DNA from: Pseudomonadota bacterium
Lineage (GTDB): Bacteria > Pseudomonadota > Gammaproteobacteria > CALCKW01
DNA: 64,000 nt
NCBI GenBank assembly: GCA_039196715.1
Contig: JBCCUP010000008.1
Span: 5,488-69,487, forward strand
Direction of reading: 5' to 3'
Under the pieces are notes generated by a model, which saw only the letters and a list, made by a program, of their open reading frames with translations, did not search any database and had not been told where the DNA came from. The translations under genes were made by a program, and so were the position numbers. Positions 57,102 to 64,000 of this stretch are shown piece after piece (positions within the stretch are counted from its first letter, which is position 1; each line of letters opens with the position of its first letter).

Positions 57102-57890
57102 TCACGGCCCTTGCCAGGCCGGTGGGCGTTTCTCGAGGAAGGCACTCAGCCCCTCGCGGCCCTCGACCGAATCGCGCACGCGGGCGATCGACTCGACCGT
57201 CTGGGCAACCATGCGGTCGTCAACCGCGCCATCCGCCACGTCGAACACGAGTTGTTTGGCGAGCCGCACCGCGCTGGGGGCATTGGCGAGAAGCACCTCG
57301 ACTACCGCGTCCACAGCACCGTCGAGCGCATCCTCTTCGACGACCTCGCTGAGCCACCCGAGCGCGAGCGCACGCTCGGCGTGCACCATCTCGCCGGTCT
57401 GGAACAACCGCCGACAGGCGCGCGCGCCGATCGCGCGGACGACGTAGGGGCTGATGGTCGCCGGGATCATGCCGATCTTCACTTCGCTGAGCGCGAGCTT
57501 GGCGCGGGGCGAGCCGATCACGATATCGCAACAACTGACAAGCCCGACACCACCCCCCATCGCCGCACCGTGCAAGCGGCACACCGTGGGTTTGGGCAGC
57601 GTGTCGAGGCAACGCAACATGGCGGCCAGACGGTTGGCGTCGGCGAGGTTGTCCTCGAACGAGTGTGTGCCCATGCGGCGCATGTAGTGCATGTCGGCGC
57701 CGGCACTGAAGCTCTTGCCGGCACCGGCCAGCACCAGCACGCGCACGGTGTCGTCGGCCGCGGCGCGTTCGAACGCCGCGTGCAGCGCACTGATGAGGGT
57801 GTCGTCGAAGGCGTTGTGGACGTCCGGGCGGTTGAGTGTCAGGCGCAACACACCGCGCTCGCAACACCTCTCCAGCAACGTTGCGCTCAC
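57102..57890 (-). CDS. enoyl-CoA hydratase/isomerase (crotonase) family protein
   Basis: The oxyanion-hole region reads LVLAGAGKSFSAGADM and GAAMGGGVGLVSCCDI. Confidence 0.85.
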   Translation of the reverse strand: MSATLLERCCERGVLRLTLNRPDVHNAFDDTLISALHAAFERAAADDTVRVLVLAGAGKSFSAGADMHYMRRMGTHSFEDNLADANRLAAMLRCLDTLPKPTVCRLHGAAMGGGVGLVSCCDIVIGSPRAKLALSEVKIGMIPATISPYVVRAIGARACRRLFQTGEMVHAERALALGWLSEVVEEDALDGAVDAVVEVLLANAPSAVRLAKQLVFDVADGAVDDRMVAQTVESIARVRDSVEGREGLSAFLEKRPPAWQGP

Positions 57891-57980
57891 GGCATTCCTC
57901 CACTTGGCTCCAGCAAGGGCACTATGGTGACAAGCCGCGCCAGGGACAGCAACTGCACGCGCGATGGGTGCCGGGATTGC

Positions 57981-58859
57981 TCAACTGGCGGCGCGCTGCT
58001 CGGCCCGCACGTTCAGCCAGTTGGCGTAGAAGATGATCGCCGAGCCTGCGAAGACGGACAGCAGCAGCGGTTCACCGTAGAGCAGGAAGCCGACCGTCGC
58101 GATCAGCGGCAGCCGCATGAAGTCGAGCGGCATCACCATGGTTGCCGGCGCGAGCTTCAGGGCCTTGGTGATGGAGAAGTGCGCAAGCAACCCGCAGAGG
58201 CCCACGGCCACGACCCACGGCGCCGTGGCCGCGGAGGGCCAGGTGATCGTGCCGTCCCAGAACACGAACACGACGCCGAACACCGCCTGGATCACCGTCA
58301 GCCAGAACAGGATGCAGGTGATCGACTCGGTGCGGCTCAGGCGCTTGGTCAACAGAAACGCACCGGCGAAACCGAGTGCGCAGGTGGCTGCCGCGAGGGT
58401 CGGCCAGGAGAGCGAGACGCTGTCGGGGCGCGCAACGATCAGGATACCGACGAAACCGAGCCCGCAGGCCAGCAGGCGCGTGCGCGTCCAGCGCTCGCCG
58501 ATCACCAGCGGTGCAAACAGCGCGCCCCACAGCGGCGTCGAGAACTCGAACGCGAAGAGCTGCGACAGCGGTATGAAGCCGACGGCGAAGAACCAGAGGT
58601 TCTGCCCGGCAAAATGAAAGGCGTTGCGTGCCACGTGCAAGCCGAAGCGTTGGGTGCGCACCTGATCGAGGGTACCGCTCGCCCGCGCGATCACCACCAC
58701 CACCACAAGGCCGATCAGCGAGCGGTACAGCATGATCTCGAAGGTGTCGTGCTGGCCGGCGAGCTCGCGGCCCGCCACGGCCATCAGGCTGAACGACAGC
58801 ATCGCGCCAACCATCCAGAACGCGGCGCGCATCGGGTCGCTCGGGGTCAGGTCACTCAT
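57981..58859 (-). CDS. DMT superfamily (EamA-like) transporter
   Basis: 293 aa with two EamA repeats of 10 TM helices in total. Confidence 0.7.
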   Translation of the reverse strand: MSDLTPSDPMRAAFWMVGAMLSFSLMAVAGRELAGQHDTFEIMLYRSLIGLVVVVVIARASGTLDQVRTQRFGLHVARNAFHFAGQNLWFFAVGFIPLSQLFAFEFSTPLWGALFAPLVIGERWTRTRLLACGLGFVGILIVARPDSVSLSWPTLAAATCALGFAGAFLLTKRLSRTESITCILFWLTVIQAVFGVVFVFWDGTITWPSAATAPWVVAVGLCGLLAHFSITKALKLAPATMVMPLDFMRLPLIATVGFLLYGEPLLLSVFAGSAIIFYANWLNVRAEQRAAS

Positions 58860-58890
58860 GGGTTTCGCACTGGTTCGTCGTAGAGGCGAT

Positions 58891-60117
58891 TCACCGACCC
58901 GATCGGGCAATCTGCTCGGCGAGGTAGGCCGCGTCTTCCCAGACGCCCCAGATGAAGGACGACCCGCGCATCGACAACCAGGGCAGGCCGAGGAAAAACA
59001 CGCCCGCGGCGGTGGAGACGCCGCGCGAGTGCGCCGGTTTGCCCTTGGCATCAAAGGCGGCATCGACCGCCAGCCAATCGAAGCGCTGCACGTAGCCGGT
59101 GGCCCACAACACCGTGCGAATGCCAGCCGCAGCGAGGTCGAGCGAGCGCACGCGCGCCATGGCGGCGGCTGGCAGCGGGCCGATGCGGTGTGCATCCGGT
59201 TCGGGCGGCAGGTCAGTGCCATGCGCGTCGACGTAGGCATCGGCCTCGCGCAACAAGGACACCAGGTTCGCGTCGCCGGCGGCCAGGGTGTCCGCAAGGT
59301 CGTCGGCAAACGACACGCACCCGCCGGCGTAGCCGGACGTCATGCCGTAGAGGTGCATGCCACGCTCGGCAAACTCGCGAAAGTCGATCGTGCGGCCGCC
59401 GTAGGCGCCGCTCACGGCGATGGTGACGTGCTCACGCCCGGCCTCGGGTGTTTTCATCTGCCACTTGCCGAGTACACCCAACCACCAGACGAAATCCTTG
59501 CCGCGGTACTGCCGCGGCGGCCGGTCGTGGGGGCCGATCGAGAGGTGCACGTCACGTCCGGCACGCAAGAGTTCGTCCGCGATTTGCGCGCCAGAGGAGC
59601 CCGAGCCCACCACCAGCACAGCCCCGTCGTCGAGCTGTTCCGGGTTGCGGTAGGCGTGCGAATGCAGCTGCGTCACCGGCGCCTCGGGCGGGATCACCGG
59701 CGGAATCACCGGCTGCTGAAACGGCCCCGTGGCCACCACGACATGCCGGGCGCGCCAGTCCCCCGCGGACGTGGTCACCGCGTAGCGGCCGTCGCCGTCG
59801 CGCTCGACCCGCGCAACCTCGACCCCGGTGCGGACAGGCGCGTCGATCTCCTCGGCAAACTGCTCGAAGTAGCGCACCACCTCGTCCTTGGTGGCGAAGG
59901 CGTCGCCGTCGATGTCGAAGGTCTTGGCCGGGAAGCGGTCGTGCCAGGCCGGCCCGTTCGCCACCAAGCCATCCCAGCGCGCCGTGCGCCAGCGCTCGGC
60001 GATGCGCTCGCGCTCGAACACGACGTGGTCCACGCCGGCAGCACGCAGGTGGGCGCTCATGGCGAGGCCGGCCTGGCCCCCGCCCACGATCACGGTGTCG
60101 ACTGTCTCGGTGCTCAT
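58891..60117 (-). CDS. NAD(P)/FAD-dependent oxidoreductase, flavin-containing-monooxygenase-like
   Basis: Two dinucleotide motifs, VIVGGGQAGLA (FAD) and VVGSGSSGAQIA (NADPH), in the spacing seen in FMO/YUCCA-type enzymes. Confidence 0.75.
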   Translation of the reverse strand: MSTETVDTVIVGGGQAGLAMSAHLRAAGVDHVVFERERIAERWRTARWDGLVANGPAWHDRFPAKTFDIDGDAFATKDEVVRYFEQFAEEIDAPVRTGVEVARVERDGDGRYAVTTSAGDWRARHVVVATGPFQQPVIPPVIPPEAPVTQLHSHAYRNPEQLDDGAVLVVGSGSSGAQIADELLRAGRDVHLSIGPHDRPPRQYRGKDFVWWLGVLGKWQMKTPEAGREHVTIAVSGAYGGRTIDFREFAERGMHLYGMTSGYAGGCVSFADDLADTLAAGDANLVSLLREADAYVDAHGTDLPPEPDAHRIGPLPAAAMARVRSLDLAAAGIRTVLWATGYVQRFDWLAVDAAFDAKGKPAHSRGVSTAAGVFFLGLPWLSMRGSSFIWGVWEDAAYLAEQIARSGR

Positions 60118-60217
60118 CTCTGCGCTCGCTCGGCCAAGGTCGTTGGCGGGGAGTTGGTCTCGAGGTCCCACGCCAGTGGCGCCATTCTACGGTCAAACCC
60201 GACCCACCGGTCGAAAC

Positions 60218-61198
60218 TCAAACGTGCGCGGCAACCCAGTTGCACACGTGGTCGTCCATCCAGCTGGTCAGCCACGCGCTGTCGAGGAACGCACAGTGGC
60301 CGCCGTGCGGCACGAGGGTGGTGCTCAGTCCCGGCGGGCGCGCCAACACCGGTAAGCTGGACACCGGGCAGATCGGGTCGTCGGCCGCCAACAGCAGGTC
60401 GGTCGGGCAACTCACGCTCGGCACGTGCTCCGCCGTCAGCGCGTAGGACTCGAAATACGCGTCGGTGTTGGCAAAGTCGGTGAAGACCGGCACGAAGGCG
60501 TCGTGCATGGCAATGATGTCGTCGATGTCGAGCAGCCAGCGGTGCGCCCGCCAGCTCGGGAAGGCGGCGATTTTCTTGCGGATGGAGCGCTTCCACCGCA
60601 TCGAAAAATACCGGTTGTAGACCACACTTTGCGAGATGGCGCGGGCCGCGTCTCGCGGTCGCACCGGCGGGCAGATCGCGAGCACTGCGCGCAGGTCAAG
60701 CGCCGCCGCCGGGGCGTGCACCGCCAGTCGCACAGCGAAATTGCCGCCGAGCGAGTAGCCAACAACGCAGGTGCACTGTGCGGGCAGCTGGCGCTGCAGG
60801 TCGGCGAGCGCGCGGAGCACTTCACCGTGCTCGCTGCCGAGGAAGGGCCCCTCGTTGAGCGCGTGGTTCTCGCCGTGGTCGCGCAACTGCAAGCGCACCA
60901 CCTCGTGGCCAGCGCGGTGCAGGGCGTCGGCGGTCGAAAGCAGGTAGCGTGAGTGCGCGTCGCCCTCCCAGCCGTGGATCAGGACGACCCGCGCACCGCC
61001 CTCACCCGCCGACCGAAAGGCGTTGAGCCGAACCCCCGCACCGGCGTCGAGGGTGAGCGGCACAGAGGCGGCGAGCAACGCCGCGGCGCGCCGCCGCACC
61101 CACGTTGTCCGCAGCGGCAGACCGCCGACCACGGTGTGCACTTTGCCGTTGGTGAGCCACCGGGGCACAGAGGGGCGTGGAAGGCTCGGCGTGCGCAT
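60218..61198 (-). CDS. alpha/beta hydrolase, YheT-like
   Basis: HGWEG, nucleophile elbow GYSLGG, and a C-terminal catalytic His in HGGHCAF. Confidence 0.75.
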   Translation of the reverse strand: MRTPSLPRPSVPRWLTNGKVHTVVGGLPLRTTWVRRRAAALLAASVPLTLDAGAGVRLNAFRSAGEGGARVVLIHGWEGDAHSRYLLSTADALHRAGHEVVRLQLRDHGENHALNEGPFLGSEHGEVLRALADLQRQLPAQCTCVVGYSLGGNFAVRLAVHAPAAALDLRAVLAICPPVRPRDAARAISQSVVYNRYFSMRWKRSIRKKIAAFPSWRAHRWLLDIDDIIAMHDAFVPVFTDFANTDAYFESYALTAEHVPSVSCPTDLLLAADDPICPVSSLPVLARPPGLSTTLVPHGGHCAFLDSAWLTSWMDDHVCNWVAAHV

Positions 61199-61319
61199 CT
61201 ACAGCATGACGAAGAGTGAGGGGCCGGTTACCACTCTACCCTGCGACAGGCACCTGGGCCACACGGACCCACGTGCAGCGACAGCGGACGGGGTGCCGCG
61301 GACAACGCGCTCCGCCGTG

Positions 61320-62381
61320 TCAACCTGCGAGCGCCACACGCCGGCCTTCCGCCGCCGAGGTGTACGCCGCCTCGGTGGCACGCATCACCGGCAGGTACTC
61401 CGCCAACGCGTTTTCAGGCGGTTGTCCGAGGCGGTGCGCGGCGACCGCGTGGTTGATCAGCGCCGCGACGCAACCGCCGCCGAACTGGGTGTCGTCGACC
61501 GGCCGTGTGACCGGCACCGCAACCCAGTCCTGGGCACCGTACGCTCGCCGGAAGAGCAGTCCATCGCCATCGAGGCGCAACTCTCCCTGCGAGCCCTCGA
61601 TGACGAGCTCGCCCATGGTGTGGCGGCGGTTTGCGGCCGCGTGGTCGGCCAGGCGGTTGCCGTCGAACACGCTCTGCACGCCGTCAGCGTGGTGCATGAT
61701 CAAGAGACCCGCATCCTCGCCCGCGATCACCGGGTTGAGCCGGCGCAGGTCCGCGTAGACCGAGTCAATCTCGCCAAACCACCACCGAAACAGGTCGACG
61801 AAGTGAACCCCGGTCTCGTGGATCAGCAGCTTCGGCATCCGCTGGAACGCCGGTTGGCGCGCGAGGTAGGCGTCAGGACCCTGACCGTCACCCGGCCGCA
61901 AGGCAAACCGCGCCTGGTACACCTGGCCCAACACGCCGGTCTTCAGGACATCGTGCACCTCGCGGTGCCAGGGTTGAAAACGGAAGTTTTCGTGGATCAC
62001 GATGCGGGCCCCGACCGCGTCGGCCTCTGCGAGCAGGGTTTCGGCTTCGGCAATGGACTCACAGAACGGCTTCTGACAGATCACCAGCCGACCGGGTGCG
62101 AGCGACTGGCGAACCAGCGCGAGGTGAGCCACCGGTGGCGCGATGATGTCGACGATGTCGAGCCCACTCGCCGCGGGCAATCCCTCGAGGCCGAGGGCGT
62201 GTGGGACGCCGTGTGCCTCGCCGACCCGCTCGGCAACCTCGGCCTGTTGATCGCACACGCCGACGAGTTCGACGTCACCGTTGGCTGCCCAGGCCTGCAG
62301 GTGAAACTGGCTGAAATAGCCGAGCCCCACCACAGCCACACGCAACGCGCGTGCTCGCGCGCCCACTTCCCTGTCGTTCAT
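61320..62381 (-). CDS. Gfo/Idh/MocA family oxidoreductase
   Basis: N-terminal Rossmann region RVAVVGLGYFSQFHLQAW. 354 aa. Confidence 0.8.
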   Translation of the reverse strand: MNDREVGARARALRVAVVGLGYFSQFHLQAWAANGDVELVGVCDQQAEVAERVGEAHGVPHALGLEGLPAASGLDIVDIIAPPVAHLALVRQSLAPGRLVICQKPFCESIAEAETLLAEADAVGARIVIHENFRFQPWHREVHDVLKTGVLGQVYQARFALRPGDGQGPDAYLARQPAFQRMPKLLIHETGVHFVDLFRWWFGEIDSVYADLRRLNPVIAGEDAGLLIMHHADGVQSVFDGNRLADHAAANRRHTMGELVIEGSQGELRLDGDGLLFRRAYGAQDWVAVPVTRPVDDTQFGGGCVAALINHAVAAHRLGQPPENALAEYLPVMRATEAAYTSAAEGRRVALAG

Positions 62382-62481
62382 TGCACCACCACAAGCCAAG
62401 TCTGTTACACCCACCAACACCCAGCCCATTCGCCACTACACTGTCAGGCGAGCGCGCAGTCGGCGCGCGCCGGACGCCCTC

Positions 62482-63363
62482 ATGCCGCTGCACACCCACA
62501 CCGTCGCAATCGCCCAGGTCCTGTTGGCGTCCGCCATTCTCGCCGTTGGCGACGGAATTTCCAAACACCTGGGCCAGCACTACCCCGTCACCGAGTTCGT
62601 CTCGGTGCGGATGTGGACGTTCCTGGTGTTCACGTTGTGGTTCGCCCACCGGCAGATCGGCCTTCGGACCGCCTTGCGTTCACGCGATCTGCCGCGGCAA
62701 CTCTGCCGGTCGGCGCTGTGGTGTCTCGAGATCGTGGTGTTCGCTTCGGCGCTGACCACGATCACTCTGGCGGAGGCGCACGCCCTGTTCGCACTCTACC
62801 CGCTGGTTGTCACGTTGCTCGCGGTGCCGGTGTTGGGCGAGCGCGTCGGCTGGCGCCGCATCGCCAGCGTCATTGTCGGCTTCGGCGGCGCCCTCCTGAT
62901 CATACGACCGGGTGCGATCACGCTGGCGCCCGGCACGGTGTTGATCCTGTCGGCGATGTTGATGTGGTGCGGTTACCAGCTGCTGACCCGCTTGTTGAGC
63001 GACCGAGAACACTTCGAGACCAACCTGCTGTACATGGCACTGGTCGGCAGTGTGCTTGTCCCGCTTGCGCCGGTCGGCGGCCCCTGGATCTGGCCGACAC
63101 CGGTTGATGCACTCTGGATGTTCGCGCTCAGCGGCACCAGCCTGGTCGGCCACATGTTGTTGGTGGCCGCCCTGACACGCGCGCCAGCCAGCACCCTGCA
63201 ACCGTTCAATTTCAGCATCATGGTGTTTGCGATCGGGGTCGGCTTCGTGGCGTTCGGCGACGTGCCGGACGCCTACACGGTCTGTGGGGCGCTGACCATC
63301 GTCGGTGCAAGCCTCTACGTGTTGGCCCGGGAACGGCGAGCGCGCAGCGCAGACCGGGCCTGA
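62482..63363 (+). CDS. DMT superfamily (EamA-like) transporter
   Basis: 293 aa and polytopic, with duplicated EamA domains. Confidence 0.7.
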   Translation: MPLHTHTVAIAQVLLASAILAVGDGISKHLGQHYPVTEFVSVRMWTFLVFTLWFAHRQIGLRTALRSRDLPRQLCRSALWCLEIVVFASALTTITLAEAHALFALYPLVVTLLAVPVLGERVGWRRIASVIVGFGGALLIIRPGAITLAPGTVLILSAMLMWCGYQLLTRLLSDREHFETNLLYMALVGSVLVPLAPVGGPWIWPTPVDALWMFALSGTSLVGHMLLVAALTRAPASTLQPFNFSIMVFAIGVGFVAFGDVPDAYTVCGALTIVGASLYVLARERRARSADRA

Positions 63364-63366
63364 CGG

Positions 63367-64000
63367 TCACCCGGCGTTCGGCGGCACCAGTCCGGATTCC
63401 GCCAACCACTCCTCGGTCAGGCCACCCGGCGTGTGCCGTCCGGTGGTCAGCAGGCGCTCGATGTAACGCGCGACGACATCGACTTCGAGGTTGACAAGGG
63501 ATCCGGTCTTGTACTGTCCCATGACGGTGTTCGCCAGGGTGTGCGGCACGATGTTCACATCGAAGCCGTCTCCAGTCACGCCATTGACCGTGAGGCTGGT
63601 GCCATCGATCGTGATCGAGCCCTTGGGCGCGATGTAGGGCATGAGCTCGGGCGGCGCGTCGAAGTGAAAGCGCTCCGAACGGCCGTCAGGGTAGCGGCGC
63701 GCCACTGCACCGAGCCCGTCGACGTGGCCACTGACGATGTGGCCACCCAGGCGACTGCTCGGGGTCAGGGCGAGTTCGAGGTTCACCGGGTCGCCGACGC
63801 CGAGCTGTCCGAGGCTGGTCAGTTTGAGGGTCTCGTTCGACACATCGGCGAGCATCACGCCGCCGTCGAGGGCGATCGCCGTCAGGCAGACACCGTTGAC
63901 CGCCACGCTGTCGCCGAGGGCGATGGTCTCCTCGGCGAGCGCACCGAGCGCCACACCGAGCCGCAGGTCGCCACCTGCAGGCGTCTGGCTTGCGATCTGG
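63367..64000 (-). CDS. ribE: riboflavin synthase alpha subunit, C-terminal portion (the gene continues beyond the window end)
   Basis: Lumazine-binding repeat motifs SVAVNGVCLT and GSITIDGTSLTV, plus HIVSGHVDG and NIVPHTL. The ORF is open to position 64000. Confidence 0.8.
   Translation of the reverse strand, partial: QIASQTPAGGDLRLGVALGALAEETIALGDSVAVNGVCLTAIALDGGVMLADVSNETLKLTSLGQLGVGDPVNLELALTPSSRLGGHIVSGHVDGLGAVARRYPDGRSERFHFDAPPELMPYIAPKGSITIDGTSLTVNGVTGDGFDVNIVPHTLANTVMGQYKTGSLVNLEVDVVARYIERLLTTGRHTPGGLTEEWLAESGLVPPNAG

Noticed and set aside
56757-58883. 708-aa plus-strand ORF antisense to the CoA-transferase, crotonase and EamA genes
   Set aside because: No domains, with R/G/D/H-rich composition. 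The complementary-strand genes have clear family signatures.
1-64000. CRISPR arrays, tRNA or rRNA genes
   Set aside because: I found no regularly spaced short direct repeats with unique spacers. No segment shows rRNA-like conservation, and I could not identify any tRNA cloverleaf. The only repeat families are the REP-like units and the two tandem duplications described above.

Overview
This is a GC-rich proteobacterial chromosomal window (third codon positions are mostly G/C, and the ORF track is full of long antisense ORFs that I treat as spurious). Reading 5'->3', it contains: (1) a carbohydrate/polyol uptake and catabolism locus, made of the tail of an ABC substrate-binding protein, two permeases, a small DUF2160-like membrane protein, two MalK-type ATPases, a fused DhaK/DhaL dihydroxyacetone kinase, a LacI regulator, two xylose-isomerase-like TIM-barrel enzymes and a Gfo/Idh/MocA oxidoreductase; (2) a repeat-rich accessory patch with a ~153-bp tandem duplication, a family of REP-like palindromic repeats (core GTGGGAGCSCGGTCGTCGCG) and an IS110-family insertion sequence sitting inside the repeat cluster; (3) a kbl-tdh threonine degradation operon with an XRE/cupin regulator and an unusually long NADP-isocitrate-dehydrogenase-family protein; (4) a dispersed set of cobalamin genes (cobO, cysG/cobA-like, cbiB, cobD/cobC-type threonine-phosphate decarboxylase, cobB/cbiA, cbiD, cobK, a BluE-like APH-family kinase); a clear cobalamin riboswitch in this region drives DUF1636 and CobW (COG0523), with a histidine-rich-tailed MFS transporter following; (5) a membrane-protein gene broken by two separate short tandem duplications; (6) a taurine/nitrate-type ABC importer, a DddP-like M24 peptidase, and a string of oxidoreductase, hydrolase, CoA-transferase and DMT-transporter genes; (7) the C-terminal end of riboflavin synthase at the window edge. 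I found no rRNA, tRNA or CRISPR array. The most interesting unexplained pieces are the B12-riboswitch-controlled DUF1636-CobW-MFS module as a candidate cobalt acquisition system, an SLC13/TrkA-C permease and a beta-lactamase-fold lipoprotein embedded in cobalamin operons, and the doubly frameshifted membrane-protein gene.
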